From assembly GCA_964016885.1 (NCBI GenBank), contig OZ024743.1:208506001-208570000 (forward strand): a stretch of DNA of 64,000 nucleotides, given 5' to 3'. The notes under the pieces were generated by a model. It saw only the letters and a list, made by a program, of their open reading frames with translations, did not search any database and had not been told where the DNA came from. This document shows positions 30,601 through 45,700 of the stretch, piece by piece. The position numbers and the translations under genes were made by a program. Position 1 is the first letter of the stretch; the number at the start of each line of letters is the position of its first letter. The DNA is from Eledone cirrhosa (taxonomy: Eukaryota).

Positions 30601-31533
30601 ATAGCCACACATGAAAGCTCTTTACTCCATAAGATATACCACAGTTTATCATACTATAGCCACAGATGAAAGCACTTCACTCCATAAGATATACCAGTTT
30701 ACCATCCTATAGCCAGATGAAAGCTTTTCACTCCATAAGATATACCACAGTTTACCATCCTATAGCCACAGATGAAAGCTCTTCACTCCATAAGATATAC
30801 CACAGTTTACCATCCTATAACCACAGATGAAAGCTCTTCACTCCATAAGATATACCACAGTTTACCATCCTATAGCCAGATGAAAGCTCTTCACTCTAAA
30901 AGATATACCACAGTTTACCATCCTATAGCCACAGATGAACGCTCTTCACTGCATAAGATATACAACAGTTTACCTTCATATAGCCAGATGAAAGCTCTTC
31001 ACTACATAAGATATACCACAGTTTACCATCCTATAGCCACACATGAAAGCTCTTCACTCCATACGTTATACCACAGTTTACCATCCTATAGCCACACATG
31101 GAAGCTCTTCACTCCATAAGATATACCACAGTTTACCATCCTATAGCGACACATGAAAGCTCTTCACGCCATAAGATATACCACAGTTTACCATCCTATA
31201 GCCAGATGAAAGCTCTTCACTCCATAAGATATACCACAGTTTACCATCCTATAGCCACAGATGAAAGCTCTTTACTCCATAAGATATACCACAGTTTACC
31301 ATCCTATAGCCACACATGAAATCTCTTCACTCCATAAGATATACCACACTTTACCATCCTATAGCCACACATGGAAGCTCTTCACTCCATAAGATATACC
31401 ACAGTTTACCATCCTATAGCGACACATGAAAGCTCTTCACGCCATAAGATATACAACACTTTACCATGCTATAGCCAGATGAAAGCTCTTCACTCCATAA
31501 GATATACCACAGTTTACCATCCTATAGCCACAG
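27649..31533 (+). repeat. Tandem higher-order repeat, two copies: 27649-29563 (1915 bp, 35 monomers) and 29564-31533 (1970 bp, 36 monomers)
   Basis: One ORF pair is offset by 1915 and five by 1970. Shared variants include CACAATAT, CCAGAAG, GCAACGCC, TAAGCTAT, the ATACCAGTTT deletion, CTCTAAAAG, GAACGCTC..CTGCAT and CATACGTT. Confidence 0.93.
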
Positions 31534-31588
31534 ATGAAAGCTCTTCACTCCATAAGATATACCACAGTTTACCATCCTATAGCCACAC

Positions 31589-34430
31589 ATGGAAGCTCTT
31601 CACTCCATAAGATATACCACAGTTTACCATCCTATAGCCACACATGAAAGCTCTTCACGCCATAAGATATACCACAGTTTACCATCCTATAGCCACAGAT
31701 ATAAAGCTCTTCACTCCATAAGATATACCACAGTTTACCATCCTATAGCCACAGATGAAAGCTCGTCACTCCATAAGATATACCACAGTTTACCATCCTA
31801 TAGCCACACATGAAATCTCTTCACTCCATAAGATATACCACAGTTTACCATCCTATAGCCACACATGGAAGCTCTTCACTCCATAAGATATACCACAGTT
31901 TACCATCCTATAGCGACACATGAAAGCTCTTCACGCCATAAGATATACCACAGTTTACCATCCTATAGCCAGATGAAAGCTCTTCACTCCATAAGATATA
32001 CCACAGTTTACCATCCTATAGCCACAGATGAAAGCTCTTCACTCCATAAGATATACCAAAGTTTACCATCCTATAGCCACACATGGAAGCTCTTCACGCC
32101 ATAAGATATACCACAGTTTACCATCCTATAGCCAGATGAAAGCTCTTCACTCCATAAGATATACCACAGTTTACCATCCTATAGCCAGATGAAAGCTCTT
32201 CACTCCATAAGATATACCACAGTTTACCATCCTATAGATAGATGAAAGCTTTTCACTCCATAAGATATATCACAGTTTACCATCCTATAGCCACACATGA
32301 AAGCTCTTCACTCCATAAGATATACCACAGTTTACCAACCTATAGCCAGATGAAAGCTCTTCACTCCATAAGATATACCACAGTTTACCATCCTATAGCC
32401 ACACATGAAAGCTCTTCACTCCATAAGATATACCACAGTTTACCATCCTATAGATAGATGAAAGCTCTTCACTCCATAAGATATACCACATTTACCATCA
32501 TATAGCCACACATGAAAGCTCTTCATTCCATAAGATATACCACAGTTTATCATACTATAGCCACAGATGAAAGCACTTCACTCTATAAGATATACCACAG
32601 TTTACCATCCTATAGCCAGAGATGAAAGCTCTTTACTCTATAAGATATACCACCATTTACCATCCTATAGTCACACATGAAAGCTCTTCACTCCATAAGA
32701 TATACCACAGTTTACCATCCTATAGCCACAGATATAAAGCTCTTCACTCCATAAGATATACCACAGTTTACCATCCTATAGCCACAGATGAAAGCTCGTC
32801 ACTCCATAAGATATACCACAGTTTACCATCCTATAGCCACACATGAAATCTCTTCACTCCATAAGATATACCACAGTTTACCATCCTATAGCCACACATG
32901 GAAGCTCTTCACTCCATAAGATATACCACAGTTTACCATCCTATAGCGACACATGAAAGCTCTTCACACCATAAGATATACCACAGTTTACCATCCTATA
33001 GCCAGATGAAAGCTCTTCACTCCATAAGATATACCACAGTTTACCATCCTATAGCCACAGATGAAAGCTCTTCACTCCATAAGATATACCACAGTTTACC
33101 ATCCTATAGCCACACATGGAAGCTCTTCACTCCATAAGATATACCACAGTTTACCATCCTATAGCCACACATGAAAGCTCTTCACGCCATAAGATATACC
33201 ACAGTTTACCATCCTATAGCCACAGATATAAAGCTCTTCACTCCATAAGATATACCACAGTTTACCATCCTATAGCCACAGATGAAAGCTCGTCACTCCA
33301 TGAGATATACCACAGTTTACCATCCTATAGCCACACATGGAAGCTCTTCACTCCATAAGATATACCACAGTTTACCATCCTATAGCGACACATGAAAGCT
33401 CTTCACGCCATAAGATATACCACAGTTTACCATCCTATAGCCAGATGAAAGCTCTTCACTCTATAAGATATACCACAGTTTACCATCCTATAGCCACACA
33501 TGAAATCTCTTCACTCCATAAGATATACCACAGTTTACCATCCTATAGCCACACATGGAAGCTCTTCACTCCATAAGATATACCACAGTTTACCATCCTA
33601 TAGCGACACATGAAAGCTCTTCACACCATAAGATATACCACAGTTTACCATCCTATAGCCAGATGAAAGCTCTTCACTCCATAAGATGTACCACAGTTTA
33701 CCATCCTATAGCCACAGATGAAAGCTCTTCACTCCATAAGATATACCACAGTTTACCATCCTATAGCCACACATGGAAGCTCTTCACTCCATAAGATATA
33801 CCACAGTTTACCATCCTATAGCCACACATGAAAGCTCTTCACGCCATAAGATATACCACAGTTTACCATCCTATAGCCACAGATATAAAGCTCTTCACTC
33901 CATAAGATATATCACAGTTTACCATCCTATAGCCACAGATGAAAGCTCGTCACTCCATAAGATATACCACAGTTTACCATCCTATAGCCACACATGGAAG
34001 CTCTTCACTCCATAAGATATACCACAGTTTACCATCCTATAGCGACACATGAAAGCTCTTCACGCCATAAGATATACCACAGTTTACCATCCTATAGCCA
34101 GATGAAAGCTCTTCACTCCATAAGATATACCACAGTTTACCATCCTATAGCCACAGATGAAAGCTCTTCACTCCAAAAGATATACCACAGTTTACCATCC
34201 TATAGCCACACATGGAAGCTCTTCACTCCATAAGATATACGACAGTTTACCATCCTATAGCCACACATGAAAGCTCTTCACGCCATAAGATATACCACAG
34301 TTTACCATCCTATAGCCAGATGAAAGCTCTTCACTCCATAAGATATACCACAGTTTACCATCCTATAGCCACGCATGAAAGCTCTTCACTCCATAAGATA
34401 TACCACAGTTTACCATCCTATAGCCACACA
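31589..34430 (+). repeat. Local short-period higher-order repeat, a 4-monomer unit of 218 or 221 bp
   Basis: ATGGAAG-starting monomers occur at 32898, 33116, 33337, 33555, 33773, 33994 and 34212 (spacing 218/221). Each is followed by a TTCACGCC or TTCACACC monomer. The 221-bp form carries the ATATAAAG 56-mer and GCTCGTC. Confidence 0.9.
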
Positions 34431-37400
34431 TGAAAGCTCTTCACTCCATAAGATATACCACAGTTTACCATCCTATAGCCACAGATGAAAGCTCTTCACT
34501 CCACAACATGTACCACAGTTTACCATCCTATAGCCACACATGAGAGCTCTTCACTCCATAAGATATACCACAGTTTACCATCCTATAGCCACAGATGAAA
34601 GCTCTTCACTCCATAAGATATACCACAGTTTACCATCCTATAGCCACAGATGAAAGCTCTTCACTCCATCAGATATACCACAGTTTACCATCCTATAGCC
34701 AGATGAAAGCTCTTCACTCCATAAGATATACCACAGTTTACCATCCTATAGCCACACATGAAAGCTCTTCACTCCATAAGATATACCACAGTTTACCCTC
34801 CTATAGCCACACATGAAAGCTCTTCACTCCATGAGATATACCACAGTTTACCATCCTATAGCCACAGATGAAAGCTCTTCACTCCATAAGATATACCACA
34901 GTTTACCATCCTATAGCGACAGATGAAAGCTCTTCACTCCACAACATATACCACAGTTTACCATCCTATAGCCACACATGAGAGCTCTTCACTCCATAAG
35001 ATATACCACAGTTTACCATCCTATAGCCACACATGAAAGCTCTTCATTCCATAAGATATACCACAGTTTACCATCCGATAGCCACACATGAAAGTTCTTC
35101 ACTCCATAAGATATACCACAGTTTACCATCCTATAGCCAGATGAAAGCTTTTCACTCCATAAGATATACCACAGTTTACCATCCTATAGCCACACATGAA
35201 AGCTCTTCACTCCATAAGATATACCACAGTTTACTATCCTATAATCACACATGAAAGCTCTTCACTCCATAAGATATACCACAGTTTACCATCCTATAGC
35301 CACGCATGAAAGCTCTTCACTCCATAAGATATACCACAGTTTACCATCCTATAGCCACACATGAAAGCTCTTCACTTCATAAGATATACCACAGTTTACC
35401 ATCCTATAGCCACAGATGAAAGCTCTTCACTCCATAAAATATACCACAGTTTACCATCCTATAACCACAGATGAAAGCTCTTCATTCCATAACATATACC
35501 ACAGTTAACCATCCTATAACCACACATGAGAGCTCTTCACTCCATAAGATATACCACAGTTTACCATCCTATAGCCACACATGAAAGCTCTTCACTCCAT
35601 AAGATATACCACAGTTTACCATCCAATAGCCACAGATGAAAGCTCTTCACTCCATAAGATATACCATAGTTTACCATCCGATAACCACACATGAAAGCTC
35701 TTCACTCCATAAGATATACCACAGTTTACCATCCTATAGCCAGATGAAAGTTCTTCACTCCATAAGATATACCACAGTTACCATCCTATAGCCACAGATG
35801 AAAGCTCTTCACTCCACAACATATACCACAGTTTACCATCCTATAGCCACACATGAGAGCTCTTCACTCCATAAGATATACCACAGTTTACCATCCTATA
35901 GCCACACATGAAAGCTCTTCACTCCATAAGATATACCACAGTTTACCATCCTATAGCCACAGATGAAAGCTCTTCACTCCATAAGATATACCACAGTTTA
36001 CCATCCGATAGCCTCACATGAAAGCTCTTCACTCCATAAGATATACCACAGTTTACCATCCTATAGCCACACATAAAAGCTCTTCACTCCATAAGATATA
36101 CCACAGTTTACTATCCTATAGTCACACATGAAAGCTCTTCGCTCCAGAGGATATACCACAGTTTACTATCCTATAGCCACACATGAAAGCTCTTCACTCC
36201 ATAAGATATACCACAGTTTACCATCCTATGTCCACAGATGAAAGCTCTTCACTCCATAAGATATACCACAGTTTACCATCCTATAGCCACAGATGAAAGC
36301 TCTTCATTCCATAAGATATACCACAGTTTACCATCCTATAGCCACAGATGAAAGCTCTTCATTCTATAAGATATACCACAGTTTACCATCCTATAGCCAC
36401 ACATGAAAGCTCTTCACTCCATAAGATATACCACAGTTTACCATCCTATAACCACAGATGAAAGCTCTTCACTCCATAAGATATACCACATTTTACCATC
36501 CTATAGCCACAGATGAAAGCTCCTCACTCCATAAGATATACCACAGTTTACCATCCTATAGCCACACATGAGAGCTCTTCACTCCATAAGATAAACCACA
36601 GTTTACCATCCTATAGCCACACATGAAAGCTCTTCACTCCATAAGATATACCACAGTTTACCATCCTATAGCCACAAATGAAAGCTCTTCACTCCATAAG
36701 ATATACCACAGTTTACCATCCGATAGCCTCACATGAAAGCTCTTCAGTCCATAAGATATACCACAGTTTACCATCCTATGGCCACAGATGAAAGCTCTTC
36801 ACTCCATAAGATATACCACATTTTACCATCCTAGAGCCACAGATGAAAGCTCTTCACTCCATAAGATATACCACAGTTTACCATCCTATAGCCACAGATG
36901 AAAGCTCTTCATTCCATAAGATATACCACAGTTTACCATCCTATAGCCACAGATGAAAGCTCTTCATTCTATAAGATATACCACAGTTTACCATCCTATA
37001 GCCACACATGAAAGCTCTTCACTCCATAAGATATACAACAGTTTACCATCCTATAGCCACAGATGAAAGCTCTTCACTCCATAAGATATACCACAGTTTA
37101 CCATCCTATAGCCACAGATGAAAGCTCCTCACTCCATAAGATATACCACAGTTTACCATCCTATAGCCACACATGAGAGCTCTTCACTCCATAAGATATA
37201 CCACAGTTTACCATCCGATAGCCACAGATGAAAGCTCTTCACTCCATAAGATATACCATAGTTTACCATCCGATAGCCACACATGAAAGCTCTTCACTCC
37301 ATAAGATATACCACAGTTTACCATCCTATAGGCAGATGAAAGTTCTTCACTCCATAAGATATACCACAGTTTACCATCCTATAGCCACACATGAAAGCTC

Positions 37401-40400
37401 TTCACTCCATAACATATACCGCAGTTTACCATCCTATAGTCACACATGAGAGCTCTTCACTCCATAAGATATACCACAGTTTACCATCCTATAGCCACAC
37501 ATGAAAGCTCTTCACTCCATAAGATATACCACAGTTTACGATCCTATAGCCACAGATGAAAGCTCTTCACTCCATAAGATATACCACAGTTTACCATCCT
37601 ATAGCCAGATGAAAGCTCTTCACTCCATAAGATATACCACAGTTTACCATCCTATAGCCACGCATGAAAGCTCTTCACTCCATAAGATATACCACAGTTT
37701 ACCATCCTATAGCCACACATGAGAGCTCTTCACTCCATAAGATATACCACAGTTTACCATCCTATAGCCACACAAGAAAGCTCTTCACTCCATAAGATAT
37801 TCCACAGTTTACCATCCTATAGCCAGATGAAAGTTCTTCACTCCATAAGATATACCACAGTTTACCATCCTATAGCCACACATGAAATCTCTTCACTCCA
37901 TAACATATACCACAGTTTACCATCCTATAGTCACACATGAGAGCTCTTCACTCCATAAGATATACCACAGTTTACCATCCTATAGCCACACATGAAAGCT
38001 CTTCACTCCATAAGATATACCACAATTTACCATCCTATAGTCACAGGTGAAAGCTCTTCACTCCATAAGATATACCACAGTTTACCATCCTATAGCCACA
38101 GATGAAAGCTCTTCACTCCACAACATATACCACAGTTTACCATCCTATAGCCACACATGAGAGCTCTTCACTCCATAAGATAAACCACAGTTTACCATCC
38201 TATAGCCACACATGAAAGCTCTTCACTCCATAAGATATACCACAGTTTACCATCCTATAGCCACAAATGAAAGCTCTTCACTCCATAAGATATACCACAG
38301 TTTACCATCCGATAGCCTCACATGAAAGCTCTTCAGTCCATAAGATATACCACAGTTTACCATCCTATGGCCACAGATGAAAGCTCTTCACTCCATAAGA
38401 TATACCACATTTTACCATCCTAGAGCCACAGATGAAAGCTCTTCACTCCATAAGATATACCACAGTTTACCATCCTATAGCCACAGATGAAAGCTCTTCA
38501 TTCCATAAGATATACCACAGTTTACCATCCTATAGCCACAGATGAAAGCTCTTCACTCCATAAGATATACCACAGTTTACCATCCTATTGCCACAGATGA
38601 AAGCTCTTCACTCCATAAGATATACCACAGTTTACCATCCTATAGCCACAGATGAAAGCTCTTCACTCCATAAGATATACCACAGTTTACCATCCTATAG
38701 CCACGCATGAAAGCTCTTCACTCCATAAGATATACCACAGTTTACCATCCTATAGCCACGCATGAAAGCTCTTCACTCCATAAGATATACCACAGTTTAC
38801 CATCCTATAGCCACACATGAAAGCTCTTCACTCCATAAGATATACCACAGTTTACCATCCTATAGCCACACATGGAAGCTCTTCACTCCATAAGATATAC
38901 CACAGTTTACCATCCTATAGCCACACATGAAAGCTCTTCACGCCATAAGATATACCACAGTTTACCATCCTATAGCCACAGATATAAAGCTCTTCACTCC
39001 ATAAGATATACCACAGTTTACCATCCTATAGCCACAGATGAAAGCTCGTCACTCCATAAGATATACCACAGTTTACCATCCTATAGCCACACATGGAAGC
39101 TCTTCACTCCATAAGATATACCACAGTTTACCATCCTATAGCGACACATGAAAGCTCTTCACGCCATAAGATATACCACAGTTTACCATCCTATAGCCAG
39201 ATGAAAGCTCTTCACTCCATAAGATATACCACAGTTTACCATCCTATAGCCACAGATGAAAGCTCTTCACTCCATAAGATATACCACAGTTTACCATCCT
39301 ATAGCCACACATGGAAGCTCTTCACTCCATAAGATATACGACAGTTTACCATCCTATAGCCACACATGAGAGCTCTTCACGCCATAAGATATACCACAGT
39401 TTACCATCCTATAGCCAGATGAAAGCTCTTCACTCCATAAGATATACCACAGTTTACCATCCTATAGCCACGCATGAAAGCTCTTCACTCCATAAGATAT
39501 ACCACAGTTTACCATCCTATAGCCACACATGAAAGCTCTTCACTCCATAAGATATACCACAGTTTACCATCCTATAGCCACAGATGAAAGCTCTTCACTC
39601 CACAACATGTACCACAGTTTACCATCCTATAGCCACACATGAGAGCTCTTCACTCCATAAAATATATCACAGTTTACCATCCTATAGCCACACATGAAAG
39701 CTTTTCACTCCATAATATATACCACAGTTTACCATCCTATAGCCACAAATGAAAGCTCTTCACTCCATAAGATATACCACAGTTTACCATCCTATAGCCA
39801 CAGATGAAAGCTCTTCACTCCATAAGATATACCACAGTTTACCATCCTATAGCCACAGATGAAAGCTCTTCACTCCATCAGATATACCACAGTTTACCAT
39901 CCTATAGCCAGATGAAAGCTCTTCACTCCATAAGATATACCACAGTTTACCATCCTATAGCCACACATGAAAGCTCTTCACTCCATAAGATATACCACAG
40001 TTTACCATCCTATAGCCACACATGAAAGCTCTTCGCTCCATGAGATATACCACAGTTTACCATCCTATAGCCACAGATGAAAGCTCTTCACTCCATAAGA
40101 TATACCACAGTTTACCATCCTATAGCGACAGATGAAAGCTCTTCACTCCACAACATATACCACAGTTTACCATCCTATAGCCACACCTGAGAGCTCTTCA
40201 CTCCATAAGATATACCACAGTTTACCATCCTATAGCCACACATGAAAGCTCTTCACTCCATAAGATATACCACAGTTTACCATCCGATAGCCACACATGA
40301 AAGCTCTTCACTCCATAAGATATACCACAGTTTACCATCCTATAGCCAGATGAAAGCTTTTCACTCCATAAGATATACCACAGTTTACCATCCTATAGCC

Positions 40401-42750
40401 ACACATGAAAGCTCTTCACTCCATAAGATATACCACAGTTTACTATCCTATAGTCACACATGAAAGCTCTTCACTCCATAAGATATACCACAGTTTACCA
40501 TCCTATAGCCACGCATGAAAGCTCTTCACTCCATAAAATATACCACAGTTTACCATCCTATAGCCACACATGAAAGCTCTTCACTTCATAAGATATACCA
40601 CAGTTTACCATCCTATAGCCACAGATGAAAGCTCTTCACTCCATAAGATATACCACAGTTTACCATCCTATAACCACACATGAAATCTCTTCACTCCATA
40701 AGATATACCACAGGTTACCATCCAATAGCCACAGATGAAAGCTCTTCACTCCATAAGATATAACATAGTTTACCATCCGATAGCCACACATGAAAGCTCT
40801 TCACTCCATAAGATATACCACAGTTTACCATCCTATAGCCAGATGAAAGTTCTTCACTCCATAAGATATACCACAGTTTACCATCCTATAGCCACAGATG
40901 AAAGCTCTTCACTCCACAACATATACCACAGTTTACCATCCTATAGCCACACATGAGAGCTCTTCACTCCATAAGATATACCACAGTTTACCATCCTATA
41001 GCCACACATGAAAGCTCTTCACTCCATAAGATATACCACAGTTTACCATCCTATAGCCACAGATGAAAGCTCTTCACTCCATAAGATATACCACAGTTTA
41101 CCATCCGATAGCCTCACATGAAAGCTCTTCACTCCATAAGATATACCACAGTTTACCATCCTATAGCCACACATGAAAGCTCTTCACTCCATAAGATATA
41201 CCACAGTTTACTATCCTATAGTCACACATGAAAGCTCTTCGCTCCAGAAGATATACCACAGTTTACTATCCTATAGCCACACATGAAAGCTCTTCACTCC
41301 ATAAGATATACCACAGTTTACCATCCTATGTCCACAGATGAAAGCTCTTCACTCCATAAGATATACCACAGTTTACCATCCTATAGCCACAGATGAAAGC
41401 TCTTCACTCCATAAGATATACCACAGTTTACCATCCTATAGCCACAGTTGAAAGCTCTTCATTCTATAAGATATACCACAGTTTACCATCCTATAGCCAC
41501 ACATGAAAGCTCTTCACTCCATAAGATATACCACAGTTTACCATCCTATAGCCACAGATGAAAGCTCTTCACTCCATAAGATATACCACAGTTTACCATC
41601 CTATAGCCACAGATGAAAGCTCCTCACTCCATAAGATATACCACAGTTTACCATCCTATTGCCACACATGAGAGCTCTTCACTCCATAAGATATACCGCA
41701 GTTTACCATCCGATAGCCACAGATGAAAGCTCTTCGCTCCATAAGATATACCATAGTTTACCATCCGATAGCCACACATGAAAGCTCTTCACTCCATAAG
41801 ATATACCACAGTTTACCATCCTATAGGCAGATGAAAGTTCTTCACTCCATAAGATATACCACAGTTTACCATCCTATAGCCACACATGAAAGCTCTTCAC
41901 TCCATAACATATACCGCAGTTTACCATCCTATAGTCACACATGAGAGCTCTTCACTCCATAAGATATACCACAGTTTACCATCCTATAGCCACACATGAA
42001 AGCTCTTCACTCCATAAGATATACCACAGTTTACCATCCTATAGCCACAGATGAAAGCTCTTCACTCCATAAGATATACCACAGTTTACCATCCTATAGC
42101 CAGATGAAAGCTCTTCACTCCATAAGATATACCACAGTTTACCATCCTATAGCCACGCATGAAAGCTCTTCACTCCATAAGATATACCACAGTTTACCAT
42201 CCTATAGCCACACATGAGAGCTCTTCACTCCATAAGATATACCACAGTTTACCATCCTATAGCCACACATGAAAGCTCTTCACTCCATAAGATATTCCAC
42301 AGTTTACCATCCTATAGCCAGATGAAAGTTCTTCACTCCATAAGATATACCACAGTTTACCATCCTATAGCCACACATGAAATCTCTTCACTCCATAACA
42401 TATACCACAGTTTACCATCCTATAGTCACGCATGAGAGCTCTTCACTCCATAAGATATACCACAGTTTACCATCCTATAGCCACACATGAAAGCTCTTCA
42501 CTCCATAAGATATACCACAATTTACCATCCTATAGTCACAGGTGAAAGCTCTTCACTCCATAAGATATACCACAGTTTACCATCCTATAGCCACAGATGA
42601 AAGCTCTTCACTCCACAACATATACCACAGTTTACCATCCTATAGCCACACATGAGAGCTCTTCACTCCATAAGATAAACCACAGTTTACCATCCTATAG
42701 CCACACATGAAAGCTCTTCACTCCATAAGATATACCACAGTTTACCATCC
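33773..42750 (+). repeat. Higher-order duplication with ~5-kb period: ~33773-38250 is copied, with monomer gains and losses, at ~38872-42750
   Basis: ORF offsets are 5099 (x3), 5209 (x2) and 4495 (x3). Shared variants include ACATGTACC, GCGACAG, CACTTCAT, TTCGCTCCAG, TATGTCC, CTCCTCAC, TATAGGCAG and TACCGCAG. Confidence 0.88.
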
Positions 42751-45700
42751 TATAGCCACAGATGAAAGCTCTTCATTCCATAAGATATACCACAGTTTAC
42801 CATCCTATAGCCACAGATGAAAGCTCTTCACTCCATAAGATATACCACAGTTTACCATCCTATAGCCACAGATGAAAGCTCTTCACTCCATAAGATATAC
42901 CACAGTTTACCATCCTATTGCCACAGATGAAAGCTCTTCACTCCATAAGATATACCACAGTTTACCATCCTATAGCCACAGATGAAAGCTCTTCACTCCA
43001 TAAGATATACCACAGTTTACCATCCTATAGCCACAGATGAAAGCTCTTCATTCTATAAGATATACCACAGTTTACCATCCTGTAGCCACACATGAAAGCT
43101 CTTCACTCCATAGGATATACCACAGTTTACCATCCTATAGCCACGTATGAAAGCTCTTCACTCCATAAGATATACCACAATTTACCATCCTATAGCCACA
43201 CATGAAAGCTCTTCACTCCATAAGATATACCACAGTTTACCATCCTATAGCCACAGATGAAAGCTCTTCACTCCATAAGATATACCACAGTTTAACATCC
43301 TATAGCCACAGATGAAAGCTCTTCACTCCATAACATATACCACAGTTAACCATCCTATAGCCACACATGAGAGCTCTTCACTCAATAAGATATACCACAG
43401 TTTACCATCCTATAGCCACACATGAAAGCTCTTCACTCCATAAGATATACCACAGTTTACCATCCTATAGCCACAGATGAAAGCTCTTCACTCCATAAGA
43501 TATACCATAGTCTACCATCCGATAGCCACACATGAAAGCTCTTCACTCCATAAGATATATCACAGTTTACCATCCTATAGCCAGATGAAAGTTCTTCACT
43601 CCATAAGATATACCACAGTTTACCATTCTATAGCCACACATGAAAGCTCTTCACTCCATAACATAGACCACAGTTTACCATCCTATAGTCACACATGAGA
43701 GCTCTTCACTCCATAAGATATACCACAGTTTACCATCCTATAGCCACACATGAAAGCTTTTCACTCCATAAGATATACCACAATTTACCATCCTATAGCC
43801 ACAGGTGAAAGCTCTTCACTCCATAAGATATACCACAGTTTACCATCCTATAGCCACAGATGAAAGCTCTTCACTCCACAACATATACCACAGTTTACCA
43901 TCCTATAGCCACACATGAGAGCTCTTCACTCCATAAGATATACCACAGCTTACCATCCTATAGCCAGATGAAAGCTTTTCACTCCATAAGATATACCACA
44001 GTTTACCATCCTATAGCCACAGATGAAAGCTCTTCACTCCATAAGATATACCACAGTTTACCATCCTATAGCCACAGATGAAAGCTCTTCATTCTATAAG
44101 ATATACCACAGTTTACCATCTAATAGCCAAACATGAAAGCTCTTCACTCCATAAGATATACCACAGTTTACCATCCTATAGCCACAAATGGAAGCTCTTC
44201 ACTCCATAAGATATACCACAGTTTACCATCCTATAGCCACAGATGAAAGTTCTTCACTCCATAAGATATACCACAGTTTACCATCCTATAGCCAGATGAA
44301 AGCTCTTCACTCCATAAGATATACTACAGTTTACCATCCTTTAGCCACGCATGAAAGCTCTTCACTCCATAAGATATACATCAGTTTACCATCCTATAGC
44401 CACACATGACAGCTCTTCACTCCATAAGATATACCATAGTTTACCATCCGATAGCCACACATGAAAGCTCTTCACTCCATAAGATATACCACAGTTTACC
44501 ATCCTATAGCCAGATGAAAGTTCTTCACTCCATAAGATATACCACAGTTTACCATCCTATAGCCACACATGAAAGCTCTTCACTCCATAACATATACCAC
44601 AGTTTACCATCCTATAGTCACACATGCGAGCTCTTCACTCCATAAGATATACCACAGTTTACCATCCTATAGCCACACATGAAAGCTCTTCACTCCATAA
44701 GATATACCACAGTTTACCATCCTATAGCCACAGATGAAAGCTCTTCACTCCATAAGATATACCACAGTTTACCATCCTATAGCCAGATGAAAGCTCTTCA
44801 CTCCATAAGATATACCACAGTTTACCATCCTATAGCCACGCATGAAAGCTCTTCACTCCATAAGATATACCACAGTTTACCATCCTATAGCCACACATGA
44901 AAGCTCTTCACTCCATAAGATATACCACAGTTTACCATCCTATAGCCACAGATGAAAGCTCTTCATTCCATAAGATATACCACAGTTTACCATCCTATAG
45001 CCACAGATGAAAGCTCTTCACTCCATAAGATATACCACAGTTTACCATCCTATAGCCACAGATGAAAGCTCTTCACTCCATAAGATATACCACAGTTTAC
45101 CATCCTATTGCCACAGATGAAAGCTCTTCACTCCATAAGATATACCACAGTTTACCATCCTATAGACACAGATGAAAGCTCTTCACTCCATAAGATATAC
45201 CACAGTTTACCATCCTATAGCCACAGATGAAAGCTCTTCATTCTATAAGATATACCACAGTTTACCATCCTGTAGCCACACATGAAAGCTCTTCACTCCA
45301 TAGGATATACCACAGTTTACCATCCTATAGCCACGTATGAAAGCTCTTCACTCCATAAGATATACCACAATTTACCATCCTATAGCCACACATGAAAGCT
45401 CTTCACTCCATAAGATATACCACAGTTTACCATCCTATAGCCACAGATGAAAGCTCTTCACTCCATAAGATATACCACAGTTTAACATCCTATAGCCACA
45501 GATGAAAGCTCTTCACTCCATAACATATACCACAGTTAACCATCCTATAGCCACACATGAGAGCTCTTCACTCAATAAGATATACCACAGTTTACCATCC
45601 TATAGCCACACATGAAAGCTCTTCACTCCATAAGATATACCACAGTTTACCATCCTATAGCCACAGATGAAAGCTCTTCACTCCATAAGATATACCATAG

